Shown one piece after another: positions 29,436 through 40,870 of a stretch of 64,000 nucleotides of DNA (position 1 is its first letter; each line of letters opens with the position of its first letter). Both the position numbers and the translations under genes were made by a program. A model generated the notes under the pieces. It was not told the origin of the DNA and did no database searches. It was given only the letters and a program-made list of their open reading frames with translations. Source of the stretch: Hyphomicrobiales bacterium (lineage in GTDB: Bacteria; Pseudomonadota; Alphaproteobacteria; MED-G09); assembly GCA_028339975.1 (NCBI GenBank), contig JAOLDG010000002.1, positions 8,302-72,301 on the forward strand, written 5' to 3'.

Positions 29436-30714
29436 AGAAAAAGATAAAATTTTTACTAACTTATATGGATTTGAATCCTTTACCTTGGCAAGTGCAAAAA
29501 AAAGAGGTGACTGGTCTACGACTAAGGAAATTATTGATAAAGGTCGAGATGGTATAATTGGTGAATTAACTAAGTCTGGCTTAAGGGGCAGGGGGGGAGC
29601 AGGTTTTCCTACAGCTACTAAATGGTCGTTTATGCCAAAAGAGCCAACGGGTAAAACTCATTATCTTGTTGTAAATGCTGATGAATCAGAACCTGGAACA
29701 TGTAAAGATCGTGATATTATTAGGCATGAGCCCCATAAACTATTAGAGGGTTGTATAATTGCTTGCGCAGCAATGGGTGCTCAAGTTTGCTATATTTATG
29801 TTAGGGGTGAGTTTTATAATGAAAGAATAATTTTACAATCAGCCCTTGAAGAAGCATATGAAGAAGGTTTGGTTGGAAAAAATGCTTGTGGCTCTGGGTT
29901 GGATATTGAAATTTTTATTCATCATGGTGCTGGTGCTTATATTTGTGGAGAAGAGACTGCTCTTCTAGAAAGCTTAGAAGGAAAGAAGGGTATGCCAAGG
30001 TTAAAGCCTCCTTTTCCTGCTACTTCAGGTTTGTATGGGTGCCCGACTACTGTCAATAATGTTGAGAGTATAGCTGTCGTGCCTACTATTTTAAGAAGGG
30101 GACCTGATTGGTTTTCTTCACTTGGGAGAGAAAGGAACGCAGGTACAAAAATATTTTGTATTTCTGGACATGTAAACAATCCTTGTAATGTAGAGGAGGA
30201 GATGGGTATTCCTCTAAAGGATTTAATTGAAAAGCATGCTGGTGGCGTTATAGGCGGGTGGGATAATCTTCTTGCAGTAATTCCTGGCGGATCATCTGTC
30301 CCGATGATTCCAAAAGAAATTTGCGATGATGTTTTAATGGATTTTGACTCACTTCAAGCAGTTAATTCTGGTTTAGGAACTGCAGCGGTTATTGTGATGG
30401 ACAAATCAACTGATTTAATAAAAGCAATTTCAAGAATTTCATATTTTTACAAACATGAGAGTTGTGGTCAATGCACCCCTTGTAGAGAGGGTACATCTTG
30501 GCTTTGGGAAATGATGGAAAAAATGGCTAATGGAGAGGCCCGTGTTGATGAAATTGACACACTTCTTGGTCTAACAAAAAGAATTGAAGGTCACTGTATC
30601 TGTGCGCTTGGTGATGCTGCAGCTTGGCCAGTCCAGGGCTTAATAAGACATTTTCGGGGTTACATGGAAGACAGATTGAACGAAACAAAAAAAAATATAG
30701 TTGCAGGGCGATAA
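29428..30714 (+). CDS. nuoF: NADH-quinone oxidoreductase subunit F
   Basis: [39 protein letters not shown]; start moved to ATG 29428. Confidence 0.98.
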   Translation: MLKEKDKIFTNLYGFESFTLASAKKRGDWSTTKEIIDKGRDGIIGELTKSGLRGRGGAGFPTATKWSFMPKEPTGKTHYLVVNADESEPGTCKDRDIIRHEPHKLLEGCIIACAAMGAQVCYIYVRGEFYNERIILQSALEEAYEEGLVGKNACGSGLDIEIFIHHGAGAYICGEETALLESLEGKKGMPRLKPPFPATSGLYGCPTTVNNVESIAVVPTILRRGPDWFSSLGRERNAGTKIFCISGHVNNPCNVEEEMGIPLKDLIEKHAGGVIGGWDNLLAVIPGGSSVPMIPKEICDDVLMDFDSLQAVNSGLGTAAVIVMDKSTDLIKAISRISYFYKHESCGQCTPCREGTSWLWEMMEKMANGEARVDEIDTLLGLTKRIEGHCICALGDAAAWPVQGLIRHFRGYMEDRLNETKKNIVAGR

Positions 30715-32771
30715 TGACTAAAATTGTAATAGATGGTGAAAATTTTGAAGTTGAGGATGGCCTTTCTGTTATTCAAGCATGCGAAGAATCTGGTGTTGAG
30801 ATTCCTAGATTTTGTTATCACGAAAGACTATCTGTCGCAGGAAATTGTAGGATGTGCTTAGTTGATGTTGAGGATGCTAGAGGCATGAGCCCAAAGCCTG
30901 TTGCATCATGTGCAATTCCTGTAAGCGAAGGTTTAATTATTCATACAAAGACTGAGCGAGTTAAAAATGCCAGAGAAGGGATAATGGAATTTCTTCTTAT
31001 TAATCATCCTTTGGACTGCCCTATTTGCGATCAAGGAGGAGAATGTGATCTGCAGGACCAATCCGTTGCTTATGGTCACGGTGCAAGTAGATACGAACAA
31101 GATAAAAGATCTGTTGAAAACAAAGATATGGGTCCTTTCATTAAAACTGAAATGACAAGGTGTATTCACTGTACAAGATGTGTTCGTTTTTCTACTGAGG
31201 TTACTGGGATTAACGAGATTGGAGCTATTGGTAGGGGTAGGGATATGGAAATAACAACATACCTTAACAAAGCTGTAACTTCTGAACTATCAGGTAATGT
31301 TATTGATTTATGCCCAGTAGGCGCATTAACATCAAAACCCTATGCATTTAGCGCTAGACCATGGGAATTGAAACAGATTGAATCAATTGATGTAATGGAT
31401 GCCGTTGGATCAAACATAAGGATAGATACAAAAGGTAATAAAGTAATGAGGGTGTTACCTCGCATAAATGAAGATGTTAATGAAGAGTGGATTTCTGATA
31501 AAACAAGATTTTTTTGGGATGGCCTTAGCCTACAAAGAATTGATAAGCCGTATTTAAAAGAAAATGGTAAGTTCAAAAAAGTTAGCTGGGAAAAAGCAAT
31601 AAGTGTTTTATCTGAAAAGTTAAAAGATTCTAAGCCTAACGAAATAGCGAGTATTTCAGGAGATCTTTCTTCAATAGAATCCATTTATTCCTTAAAAAAA
31701 TTAATGAATTCTCTAGGCTCTCAAAATACTGAATGTAGGCAAGATGGTTCGAGAATTTCAGGGAGTAGGGAAAGATGGCTTTTTAATTCGAAGTTTTCTG
31801 GAATAGACGATTCCGATGGGTGCTTATTAATAGGAACAAATCCTAGGTTTGAGGCTGCATTAATAAATTCAAGGATATTGCGTAAGTCTAAAGAGAGTAA
31901 TTACTCAATAGGTTTGCTAGGTAAAGAAAACGAACTCAATTATGGATATGATTTTTTAGGAGACGATCCTAATACTATAAAAGATATTATAAATGGATCC
32001 CATCCTTTTTGCTCAAAACTAGAATCAATGAAAAAACCAATAATGATTGTTGGTCAGGGAGCCTTAGTAGGAAATCATGGTGAGGATTTTTTAAATCTTT
32101 CTATTAAATTAGCAAATAAATATAATTTTTTATCCTCAGATTGGAATGGATTTAATGTTTTGCATAGTGCCGCAGCTCGTCCTGGAGCTATGGAAATTGG
32201 TTTTCTTCCAGGCCCGGAAGGTAAAAACCTAGATCAAATTATTGAGGGTTGTAATAGCGGAAGTATTTCAACTCTATTCCTTTTGGGTGCTGATGAGGTT
32301 TGTTTAAGCGATAAATCTGATTGTTTTGTTATTTATCAAGGCCACCATGGTGATAATGGAGCCCATCAAGCAGATTTAATTTTACCTTCTCCGTCATTTA
32401 ATGAGCAAAATGGTTTGTATATGAATACAGAAGGGCGAGTTCAAGAGTCTGTGAGAGCAACATTTCCATTAGGTGAGGCCTTAGAGGACTGGAAAATAAT
32501 TTCAATGATTGCTGAAAAAATGAAACTTGATTTTAAAATTAATAATTTCGATGAATTAAGAGAAGAAATTTTTACTTTATTTCCAGATCTTTTAGAAATT
32601 GATAATTGTATAGAAGGTGGGAATCCAAAAGAACTTATGGCTGAAGAGATAAAAGAACATATATTTTATAATTCTGTTGAAAATTTCTGGTTAACAAATT
32701 CAATTGCTCGTTCTTCAAAGATCTTATGTGACAGAAATGAGTTTTCCTCGAACGGAGTTTTTAAGATCTAA
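30714..32771 (+). CDS. nuoG: NADH-quinone oxidoreductase subunit G
   Basis: IPRFCYH, GNCRMC, HPLDCPICDQGGECDLQD, RCIHCTRC; TAATG overlap start at 30714. Confidence 0.98.
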   Translation: MTKIVIDGENFEVEDGLSVIQACEESGVEIPRFCYHERLSVAGNCRMCLVDVEDARGMSPKPVASCAIPVSEGLIIHTKTERVKNAREGIMEFLLINHPLDCPICDQGGECDLQDQSVAYGHGASRYEQDKRSVENKDMGPFIKTEMTRCIHCTRCVRFSTEVTGINEIGAIGRGRDMEITTYLNKAVTSELSGNVIDLCPVGALTSKPYAFSARPWELKQIESIDVMDAVGSNIRIDTKGNKVMRVLPRINEDVNEEWISDKTRFFWDGLSLQRIDKPYLKENGKFKKVSWEKAISVLSEKLKDSKPNEIASISGDLSSIESIYSLKKLMNSLGSQNTECRQDGSRISGSRERWLFNSKFSGIDDSDGCLLIGTNPRFEAALINSRILRKSKESNYSIGLLGKENELNYGYDFLGDDPNTIKDIINGSHPFCSKLESMKKPIMIVGQGALVGNHGEDFLNLSIKLANKYNFLSSDWNGFNVLHSAAARPGAMEIGFLPGPEGKNLDQIIEGCNSGSISTLFLLGADEVCLSDKSDCFVIYQGHHGDNGAHQADLILPSPSFNEQNGLYMNTEGRVQESVRATFPLGEALEDWKIISMIAEKMKLDFKINNFDELREEIFTLFPDLLEIDNCIEGGNPKELMAEEIKEHIFYNSVENFWLTNSIARSSKILCDRNEFSSNGVFKI

Positions 32772-33779
32772 ATGATGATATTTTTTATGAGTTATATCTT
32801 ACCTTTGCTGATTATATTTTTACAATCAGCCCTAGTTTTGCTTGCTGTTCTTTTAATGGCGTATTTTGGTATTTATGCTGATAGAAAAATTTGGGCTGCA
32901 GTTCAACTAAGAAGAGGACCAAATGTAGTCGGCCCTTTTGGTTTGCTTCAATCTGCTGCTGATCTTTTAAAGCTTCTTTTTAAAGAAATTATTATACCAG
33001 AGAAGGCTAATAAGATGATTTTTATTCTTGGCCCTATAGTAACATGCTTTGTTGCTCTATCATCTTGGGCTGTTATTCCTTTTGCTGATGGATGGGTTGT
33101 TGCAGATATTAATGTTGGAATCTTGTATATTTTTGCCGTCTCTTCTTTGGGGGTATATGGAATTATTATGGGCGGATGGGCCTCTAATTCCAAATATCCA
33201 TTTATGGGAGCTATGAGATCTGCAGCTCAAATGGTTTCTTACGAAGTATCAATAGGCTTTGTAATAATTACCGTTCTTTTATGCGTCGGATCTTTAAATC
33301 TTTCAGAAATTGTTAATGCTCAAAAGAATATTTGGTTTATTTTTCCTTTGTTTCCAATGTTTATTGTATTTTTTGTTTCAGCTTTAGCAGAAACAAACAG
33401 GCCACCATTTGACCTTCCTGAGGCAGAAGCTGAACTAGTGGCTGGTTACCAAACTGAATATTCATCTTCACTTTTTATGTTGTATTTTTTAGGAGAGCTA
33501 GCAGCTACTTTTTTAATGTGCGCAATGATTACTATTTTGTTCCTTGGAGGCTGGCTTCCTCCTTTTAATATTTTTCCTTTTATATTAGTTCCAGGTATTG
33601 TTTGGTTCTTTCTAAAAATGGCTTTTATTTTCTACTTATTTTCTATGGTTAAAGCTTTAGTGCCTCGATATAGATATGATCAATTAATGAGATTGGGTTG
33701 GAAAGTTTTTCTTCCTATATCCTTAGCATGTGTAGTTTTAACCTCAAGTTTCCTTTTATTTTTTAATATTGCTCCATAG
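32772..33779 (+). CDS. nuoH: NADH-quinone oxidoreductase subunit H
   Basis: [38 protein letters not shown]. Confidence 0.98.
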   Translation: MMIFFMSYILPLLIIFLQSALVLLAVLLMAYFGIYADRKIWAAVQLRRGPNVVGPFGLLQSAADLLKLLFKEIIIPEKANKMIFILGPIVTCFVALSSWAVIPFADGWVVADINVGILYIFAVSSLGVYGIIMGGWASNSKYPFMGAMRSAAQMVSYEVSIGFVIITVLLCVGSLNLSEIVNAQKNIWFIFPLFPMFIVFFVSALAETNRPPFDLPEAEAELVAGYQTEYSSSLFMLYFLGELAATFLMCAMITILFLGGWLPPFNIFPFILVPGIVWFFLKMAFIFYLFSMVKALVPRYRYDQLMRLGWKVFLPISLACVVLTSSFLLFFNIAP

Positions 33780-33787
33780 GTGTCGAG

Positions 33788-34282
33788 ATGAAATGGCTAA
33801 TTAATTTTTTAAAGACATACATGCAGTGGGATTTTCTTACAGCATTTTTTGTTGGAATGAAGTATTTCATCTTCAAAAAAAGGGTAACAATAAACTACCC
33901 GCATGAGAAGGGAAGATTGTCTTCTCGATTTAGAGGGGAGCATGCCTTAAGAAGATACCCTAATGGAGAAGAAAGATGTATTGCATGCAAGTTATGCGAA
34001 GCAGTTTGCCCTGCTCAAGCTATAACAATTGACGCAGGCCCTCGTGATAAAGATGGGGTAAGGAAAACTATTAGGTATGATATTGATATGGTGAAGTGTA
34101 TTTATTGCGGCCTATGTCAAGAAGCTTGTCCAGTAGATGCAATTGTTGAGGGGCCAAACTTCGAGTTTGCAACAGAAACTAGAGAAGAGCTTCTTTATAC
34201 AAAAGAGAAATTAATGGAGAATGGTGATAAGTGGGAAGTTTCATTAGTTAAGAATTTGGAGAGGGATGCGCCTTTTAGGTAG
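33788..34282 (+). CDS. nuoI: NADH-quinone oxidoreductase subunit I
   Basis: [12 protein letters not shown] and [12 protein letters not shown]. Confidence 0.98.
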   Translation: MKWLINFLKTYMQWDFLTAFFVGMKYFIFKKRVTINYPHEKGRLSSRFRGEHALRRYPNGEERCIACKLCEAVCPAQAITIDAGPRDKDGVRKTIRYDIDMVKCIYCGLCQEACPVDAIVEGPNFEFATETREELLYTKEKLMENGDKWEVSLVKNLERDAPFR

Positions 34283-34293
34283 TTACAATTGAT

Positions 34294-34908
34294 ATGTTTC
34301 CAGCGTTACTTTTTTATATCTTTTCTTTGTCTATTATTGCCTCAGCTTTAATGGTCATTTTTTCAAAGCAACCAATTAATTCTGTCCTTTTTTTAATATT
34401 TTCCTTTATTAATGCCTCAGGTTTATTTCTTTTAGCTGGAGCCGAGTTTTTAGCTTTAATTATTGTTATAGTTTATGTTGGTGCTGTTGCTGTTTTGTTT
34501 CTTTTTGTAATAATGATGCTTGATTTCAATCCAGATAATATAAAAGAAGAAACTAAAAAATATCTTCCCATTGGCTTGATGGTGGGTGGTGTTCTTTTTT
34601 TTGAAATAATTTTAATGATGTATTCACCTGAGCTCTTTTCAAAAGACTTCCAAATAATTGGGCGAATAGTTGAAACAGACTTAACCAATACCGAGATATT
34701 GGGTAATTTAATTTATACTGAGTATTTTCTTCAATTTCAGATGGCAGGCTTCATTCTTTTGGTTGCTATGATTGGCGCAATTGTATTGACTCTGCGTCAT
34801 AGAGATTATGTCAGAAGACAAGTTATTAGCGATCAAATATCGCGAGACTCAAGTACTAGTATCGAGCTAATTGATATCAATCTAAAAACCAGGGAATCAA
34901 AGAAATGA
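34294..34908 (+). CDS. nuoJ: NADH-quinone oxidoreductase subunit J
   Basis: [17 protein letters not shown]. Confidence 0.97.
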   Translation: MFPALLFYIFSLSIIASALMVIFSKQPINSVLFLIFSFINASGLFLLAGAEFLALIIVIVYVGAVAVLFLFVIMMLDFNPDNIKEETKKYLPIGLMVGGVLFFEIILMMYSPELFSKDFQIIGRIVETDLTNTEILGNLIYTEYFLQFQMAGFILLVAMIGAIVLTLRHRDYVRRQVISDQISRDSSTSIELIDINLKTRESKK

Positions 34909-35213
34909 TCATTGAACTTGGGCATTACCTTATATTGGCATCAATGCTTTTTACAATTGGAGTAATAGGGGTTTTTCTTAATAGAAAAAATGTTATTATT
35001 ATTCTTATGTCCCTTGAGCTAATATTGCTGAGTATTAGTATAAATTTAGTTGCATTTTCTTCTTTTTTAAATGACTCAGTCGGGCAAATTTTCTCTCTAT
35101 TTATTCTAACTGTAGCGGCGGGCGAAGCAGCTATTGGTCTAGCTATTCTTGTTGTTTATTTTCGAAATGTTGGAAACATTGAAGTTGATCAAATTAATAA
35201 AATGAGAGGGTAA
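34905..35213 (+). CDS. nuoK: NADH-quinone oxidoreductase subunit K
   Basis: [21 protein letters not shown]. Confidence 0.97.
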   Translation: MIIELGHYLILASMLFTIGVIGVFLNRKNVIIILMSLELILLSISINLVAFSSFLNDSVGQIFSLFILTVAAGEAAIGLAILVVYFRNVGNIEVDQINKMRG

Positions 35214-37141
35214 TGGCTTTATTTTTTCTAGTATTTTTACCTTTATTTAGTGCATTAATTGTAGGGTTTTTTGGTAATAAGGTGAATATTACGCTTACAC
35301 ACCTTTTTTCATGTCTTTTAATTATAATTCCCTTTTTTATCTCTTCATATTTTTTAAATAAATCTCTTAGTGGTGATTTCAATTTTGTATTTCCTTTGGC
35401 AACCTGGATAGAGTCTGGTGATCTTGTGACTAAGTGGTCCTTAAAGTTGGATATGCTTACATCAGTTATGCTTGTTGTTGTAACTTTTGTTTCCTCGTTA
35501 GTTCATGTTTATTCTATTGGCTATATGAGTCATGACCCAAATCAACCAAGATTTTTTGCTTACCTTTCTTTTTTTACTTTTGCCATGCTTATCCTTGTTA
35601 CATCTAACAACTTTCTCCAACTTTTTTTTGGCTGGGAGGGGGTAGGGTTAGCTTCATATTTACTGATTGGTTTCTGGTATAAGAAAGACTCTGCTAATTC
35701 TGCAGCTATAAAAGCTTTCGTAGTTAATCGTGTTGGTGATTTTGGTTTCCTAATAGGTATAGCGATATTATATTTTTCAACAAAATCATTAGACTTTGAT
35801 GTAATTTTTTCAATGGCAGGTGAACTATCAAGTAAAACAATCCCTATACTTTTTTGGAACTTCAACACCCTTAATATGGCTTGTTTTTTCTTATTTATGG
35901 GTGCGATGGGAAAGTCTGCTCAACTATTTCTTCATACTTGGCTTCCTGATGCCATGGAGGGACCTACTCCAGTTTCTGCATTAATTCACGCTGCTACAAT
36001 GGTTACTGCCGGGGTATTTTTAGTAGCTCGTTGCTCACCTTTATTTGAACAATCGGAATATATTTTATCCTTTATAACTATTATTGGTGCCTCAACTGCT
36101 TTTTTTGCAGCTACTGTTGGTTTGGTTCAGAACGATATTAAAAGGATAGTTGCGTATTCTACATGCTCTCAGTTAGGCTATATGTTTGTTGCCTTGGGAA
36201 GCGGTGCATATCAAATAGCAATTTTTCATTTATTTACTCATGCATTTTTTAAGGCTCTTTTATTTCTTGGTTCTGGGTCAGTAATTCACGCTGTATCTGA
36301 CGAGCAGGATATAAGAAAGATGGGTGATTTGTATAAATTAATACCGTTTACTTGGATAACTATGCTTATTGGAACGCTTGCATTAACAGGATTCCCTTAT
36401 ATGTCAGGTTACTTCTCAAAAGATGGTATTATTGAAGCTGCATTTGTATCTCATACAGGAGGGCATTTTTATGCTTTTTATCTTCTTGTAATATCTGCTT
36501 TACTCACAAGCTTCTATTCTTGGAGATTAATTTTTTTAACCTTTCATGGGAAAAGCAAGGTTTCAAAAGATGTTTTCTCAAAAATTCATGAAAGCCCTAA
36601 AATTATGTTAGCCCCACTATTGATATTAGCACTTTGTTCGATTTTTTCTGGTTATATTTTTGTTGATTACTTTATGTCACATGATTTTGAATTTTTATGG
36701 AAAAGTTCAATTTTTCTAGCCCCCGATAACCATATTATTGAAGAAATACATCATGTTCCTTTATGGGTAAAGTTATCTCCTTTAGTAATGATGATTGCTG
36801 GCTTTATACTTTCATTTTTATTTTACATAGCCTTCCCTTTTATTCCCGGGTATTTAGCTAAATCCTATAGCCCACTCTATAAATTTTTACTTAATAAGTG
36901 GTATTTTGATGAGCTCTATAACTTCATTTTTGTTAAAAATATCAAAAGGATAGGAGAATTCTTATCATCTTTTGGAGACAAAAAAATTATAGATGGATTT
37001 GGTCCAGATGGAATTGCTTCCAGTATTTCCTACTTTGCAAAGCAAGCTAGTCGACTCCAAACGGGTTATATTTATCACTATGCTTTTGCAATGCTTTTTG
37101 GATTAACTATTTTTATCTCTTATTTTTTCCTTAGAGGGTGA
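35213..37141 (+). CDS. nuoL: NADH-quinone oxidoreductase subunit L
   Basis: FGWEGVG, GKSAQ, WLPDAMEGPTPVSALIHAATMV, HAFFKALLF. Confidence 0.98.
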   Translation: MALFFLVFLPLFSALIVGFFGNKVNITLTHLFSCLLIIIPFFISSYFLNKSLSGDFNFVFPLATWIESGDLVTKWSLKLDMLTSVMLVVVTFVSSLVHVYSIGYMSHDPNQPRFFAYLSFFTFAMLILVTSNNFLQLFFGWEGVGLASYLLIGFWYKKDSANSAAIKAFVVNRVGDFGFLIGIAILYFSTKSLDFDVIFSMAGELSSKTIPILFWNFNTLNMACFFLFMGAMGKSAQLFLHTWLPDAMEGPTPVSALIHAATMVTAGVFLVARCSPLFEQSEYILSFITIIGASTAFFAATVGLVQNDIKRIVAYSTCSQLGYMFVALGSGAYQIAIFHLFTHAFFKALLFLGSGSVIHAVSDEQDIRKMGDLYKLIPFTWITMLIGTLALTGFPYMSGYFSKDGIIEAAFVSHTGGHFYAFYLLVISALLTSFYSWRLIFLTFHGKSKVSKDVFSKIHESPKIMLAPLLILALCSIFSGYIFVDYFMSHDFEFLWKSSIFLAPDNHIIEEIHHVPLWVKLSPLVMMIAGFILSFLFYIAFPFIPGYLAKSYSPLYKFLLNKWYFDELYNFIFVKNIKRIGEFLSSFGDKKIIDGFGPDGIASSISYFAKQASRLQTGYIYHYAFAMLFGLTIFISYFFLRG

Positions 37142-37145
37142 TCTT

Positions 37146-38657
37146 ATGCAAAGCTGGAATCTTTTATCAATTATAACTTTTTTTCCTTTATTAGGAGCTC
37201 TTTTTATATTGCTGTCTCCTCAGCAAGAAAAAAAAATTTCAGAAAGAAACTCAAAGTCTCTTGCTCTTTGGACATCAATTATAACATTTATTATTTCACT
37301 ATTTTTGTTATATGGTTTTGACTCAGAAGTCTCCTCCTATCAGTTCTATGAAAGGGTAGTCATTGCAAATGGCTTAATGACCTATCAACTTGGCGTTGAC
37401 GGAATATCGATACTTTTTGTTATGCTCACAACCTTCTTAATGCCTTTTTGTATTTTGGCTAGCTGGAATTCTATTAAAGATAGGGTGGAAAGTTTTATGA
37501 TAGCCTTTCTTGTTTTGGAGACCTTGATAATTGGTACATTTTGTTCATTAGATATAATACTTTTTTATCTATTCTTTGAAAGTGTTTTGATACCAATGTT
37601 CATTATTATTGGTGTTTGGGGCGGTGAAAGAAAGGTTTACTCAGCATTTAAATTTTTTCTATACACTCTTCTTGGCTCAGTTCTTATGCTTGCAGCGATG
37701 ATATATCTTTACGCTCACACCGGAAGCACAGAATTAATTGTAATTTCTGAAAACTTAGACCTGAAAAATTCATCCCAATATTTTTTATGGCTAGCTTTCT
37801 TTTGCTCATTTGCCGTTAAATTACCTATGTGGCCCGTTCATACCTGGCTACCTGATGCCCATGTTGAGGCACCAACATCAGGATCAGTAATATTAGCTGC
37901 TATTCTATTAAAAATGGGTGGTTATGGGTTTTTAAGATTTTCTCTCCCCTTGTTTCCTGAGGCTAGCCATTATTTTGCACCTTTTGTCTTTACCTTGAGC
38001 ATCATTGCGATAATTTATACATCTTTGGTTGCCTATGTTCAGAAAGATATTAAAAAATTAATAGCTTATTCCTCTGTAGCCCATATGGGGTTTGTAACTT
38101 TGGGGATTTTTACTTTCAATACTCAGGGTATAGAGGGATCGATATACCAAATGCTATCACATGGACTTATTTCTGCAGCTTTATTCTTTTGCATCGGAAT
38201 AATCTATGACAGATTACACACAAGACAAATTAAAGATTATGGAGGTCTTGTTTCAATTATGCCAAATTTTGCAATATTCTTTATGATTTTTACTATGGCA
38301 AATGTTGCTTTACCTGGAACAAGTGGTTTCATAGGCGAGTTTTTAATAGTAATAGCTACTTTTAGTATTTCAAAAATAGCAGCAATTTTTGCCGCTACCG
38401 GCGTTATTTTGTCAGCAATATATGGGTTATTTTTATATAAGAATGTAGTTTTTGGTAAAATTACAAACGAGACTATTGAGCTCCTGACTGATTTAACACC
38501 CAGAGAAAAATTAATTCTATTCCCCTTAGCTTTTTTGATAGTATTTTTTGGTTTATTTCCTTCATCAATATTAGGCTTGATTAGTGAATCTTCAAATAAT
38601 TTATCAGACTTACTTGATCTTGCATTGCTTGGTATTGATCCTTTGGGGGTTAAGTAA
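37146..38657 (+). CDS. nuoM: NADH-quinone oxidoreductase subunit M
   Basis: VKLPMWPVHTWLPDAHVEAPT, IAYSSVAHMG. Confidence 0.98.
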   Translation: MQSWNLLSIITFFPLLGALFILLSPQQEKKISERNSKSLALWTSIITFIISLFLLYGFDSEVSSYQFYERVVIANGLMTYQLGVDGISILFVMLTTFLMPFCILASWNSIKDRVESFMIAFLVLETLIIGTFCSLDIILFYLFFESVLIPMFIIIGVWGGERKVYSAFKFFLYTLLGSVLMLAAMIYLYAHTGSTELIVISENLDLKNSSQYFLWLAFFCSFAVKLPMWPVHTWLPDAHVEAPTSGSVILAAILLKMGGYGFLRFSLPLFPEASHYFAPFVFTLSIIAIIYTSLVAYVQKDIKKLIAYSSVAHMGFVTLGIFTFNTQGIEGSIYQMLSHGLISAALFFCIGIIYDRLHTRQIKDYGGLVSIMPNFAIFFMIFTMANVALPGTSGFIGEFLIVIATFSISKIAAIFAATGVILSAIYGLFLYKNVVFGKITNETIELLTDLTPREKLILFPLAFLIVFFGLFPSSILGLISESSNNLSDLLDLALLGIDPLGVK

Positions 38658-40108
38658 TGAATTTATTTTTTAGTGAATTATTATTAATTATTCCTGAGTT
38701 AATTATTATTTTAGCGGCAATTTTATTACTAATGATTGGATCATTCAGTACTAAAAACTCTGCCAAAGTTGTAGTTTATTTTTCAGCTTTAACCCTTTTC
38801 TTTGTTTCTTTTTTAGAAATCATAATGCCCTGGGATACAGGATTATTATTTACTGAATCATTAGTTGAGAATGGATTTTCTAGATTTGTTAAAAGTATAA
38901 TATTTTTATCTTCGGCCTTTGTTATAATTTTATCTTCGAAGTGGCTTGTGCGGTATGATAGTAAGGCTTTCGAATACCCAATTTTAATACTTTTTTCTTC
39001 ATTGGGCATGTCATTTATGATATCTGCTAATGATCTAATAACTCTTTATCTAGCTATCGAACTTCAAAGTTTACCTTTATATGTTTTAGCTTCCTTTAAA
39101 AGAGATAGTGTGAATTCAGGTGAAGCTGGCATTAAGTATTTTGTTTTGGGGGCATTATCTTCATCCTTATTTTTATTTGGATCTTCTTTGGTCTATGGTT
39201 TCACAGGTTCAGTAGAGTTCTTTGATATTTCTAAAAGCATAGGTGCTCCAGAGATTAATACTGGAATTATTGTTGGAATTGTTTTTATACTTTCTGGGCT
39301 TATCTTTAAAATTTCCGCTGTTCCTTTTCATATGTGGACTCCGGATGTTTACGAGGGATCGGCAACGCCTGTAACAGCATTTTTTTCAACAGCACCTAAG
39401 ATGGCAGCAATGTGTATGCTGGTTAATATTTTGTATGGACCTTTTTCTGGTGCATTTGAATCATGGCAGCAAATTATTATTTTTGTTTCAATTGCATCAA
39501 TGGCACTAGGATCATTTGTTGCAATTAAGCAAACAAATATTAGAAGACTTCTTGCTTATAGTTCTATCGCGCATATGGGATTTGCCCTTATTGCATTATC
39601 CTCGCCGTTATCTTCGTCTGCTGTCCAGTCGTTGCTAATTTATATGCTAATCTATGTTGTTACTAATCTAGGCGTTTTTGCTTGTATTATAAGTTTAGAA
39701 ACAAGCGAAGGTGAGACGATTTCAAAAATCGATGATTTATCAGGCCTTTCAAGGCGGTATCCTTTTATTGCTTTTTCTATGACAATGCTTATGTTCTCTT
39801 TTGCTGGTATACCACCTTTAGCAGGATTTTTTGGTAAATACTTGATCTTTAGAACTGCAATAGAAAACGATCTAATATCTTTAGCTTTATTTGGTTTGAT
39901 TATAAGCGTAGTTGCTGCTTACTACTATATTAGAATTATCAAAATTATGTATTTTGATGAATTGGATATCTTACTAACAAAATCATCCTCAAAAGGCCTC
40001 AATATTACAAATATAGTATGCACTATTTTTATTGTATTTTTTCTTCTCATTTATTCTTTCTTTCCAATAGCTGAAATGGCAAACCTAGCTGCAAAATCAA
40101 TTAATTAA
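38657..40108 (+). CDS. nuoN: NADH-quinone oxidoreductase subunit N
   Basis: EAGIKYF, FKISAVPFHMWTPDVYEG, AGIPPLAGF. Confidence 0.98.
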   Translation: MNLFFSELLLIIPELIIILAAILLLMIGSFSTKNSAKVVVYFSALTLFFVSFLEIIMPWDTGLLFTESLVENGFSRFVKSIIFLSSAFVIILSSKWLVRYDSKAFEYPILILFSSLGMSFMISANDLITLYLAIELQSLPLYVLASFKRDSVNSGEAGIKYFVLGALSSSLFLFGSSLVYGFTGSVEFFDISKSIGAPEINTGIIVGIVFILSGLIFKISAVPFHMWTPDVYEGSATPVTAFFSTAPKMAAMCMLVNILYGPFSGAFESWQQIIIFVSIASMALGSFVAIKQTNIRRLLAYSSIAHMGFALIALSSPLSSSAVQSLLIYMLIYVVTNLGVFACIISLETSEGETISKIDDLSGLSRRYPFIAFSMTMLMFSFAGIPPLAGFFGKYLIFRTAIENDLISLALFGLIISVVAAYYYIRIIKIMYFDELDILLTKSSSKGLNITNIVCTIFIVFFLLIYSFFPIAEMANLAAKSIN

Positions 40109-40870
40109 ATGATAAAAACTAATTCTGATATTAGCATTTTTAGTTACCAAGAAATTGATAGTACAAATGATGAATCTAAAAGATTACTTGATAATCAGAA
40201 AATGCCTCCCTATTGGGTCATTGCTGATAAACAAACAGCTGGTAGGGGAAGGAAAAATAGATTTTGGGATTCACCTAGTGGTAATTTTATGGGCACTTAC
40301 GTGTTAAATGTTAGTGGTAAAAAAAGAATATTACCTCAACTCTCATTTGTATCCGCTTTAGCAATTTATGATACAATTATAGAATTTAAACCAAAGAATA
40401 GTAGCGCAATAATTATGCTAAAATGGCCTAATGATATTATTATAAATGATAAAAAATGTGGAGGTATTCTAATAGAGAATATTTTTTCTGAAAATAATCT
40501 TTTGCATACAATTGCCATTGGGATAGGTGTAAACTTATCAAGCTCTCCATTGCATACAACTTTTCCTTCAGGCAATGTCTTAAAAGAATTAAATATCGAT
40601 ATTAAGCGTGACACTTTTCTTACCGCTATAAATAATAATATTTTAAAGCTCCTAACTATATGGAACACTGGAAAAAATTATAAAGAAATCCTAAGTTCCT
40701 GGAAATCTATAGCATACCTAATGAATAAGGAAATTTTAGTAAGCTTACCAAATGGGGATAAACAGGCTGGTATCTTTTCATCAATTGATGATGAGGGTGG
40801 TCTTGTTTTACTTAATAATAAAGGCAAAAAGGATATATTTTATGCAGCAGAAATTTTTGAAGGATTATAA
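40109..40870 (+). CDS. birA: Biotin-protein ligase, group I (no HTH)
   Basis: IDSTN, QTAGRGR, LKWPND, KKCGGILIE, IGIGVN. Confidence 0.95.
   Translation: MIKTNSDISIFSYQEIDSTNDESKRLLDNQKMPPYWVIADKQTAGRGRKNRFWDSPSGNFMGTYVLNVSGKKRILPQLSFVSALAIYDTIIEFKPKNSSAIIMLKWPNDIIINDKKCGGILIENIFSENNLLHTIAIGIGVNLSSSPLHTTFPSGNVLKELNIDIKRDTFLTAINNNILKLLTIWNTGKNYKEILSSWKSIAYLMNKEILVSLPNGDKQAGIFSSIDDEGGLVLLNNKGKKDIFYAAEIFEGL

Noticed and set aside
29374..30713. Apparent N-terminal extensions and long overlaps of nuoF and nuoG (also nuoB, sufD, skp) in the ORF track
   Set aside because: Artefacts of longest-ORF calling; downstream ATGs with an RBS or stop-start coupling give normal lengths
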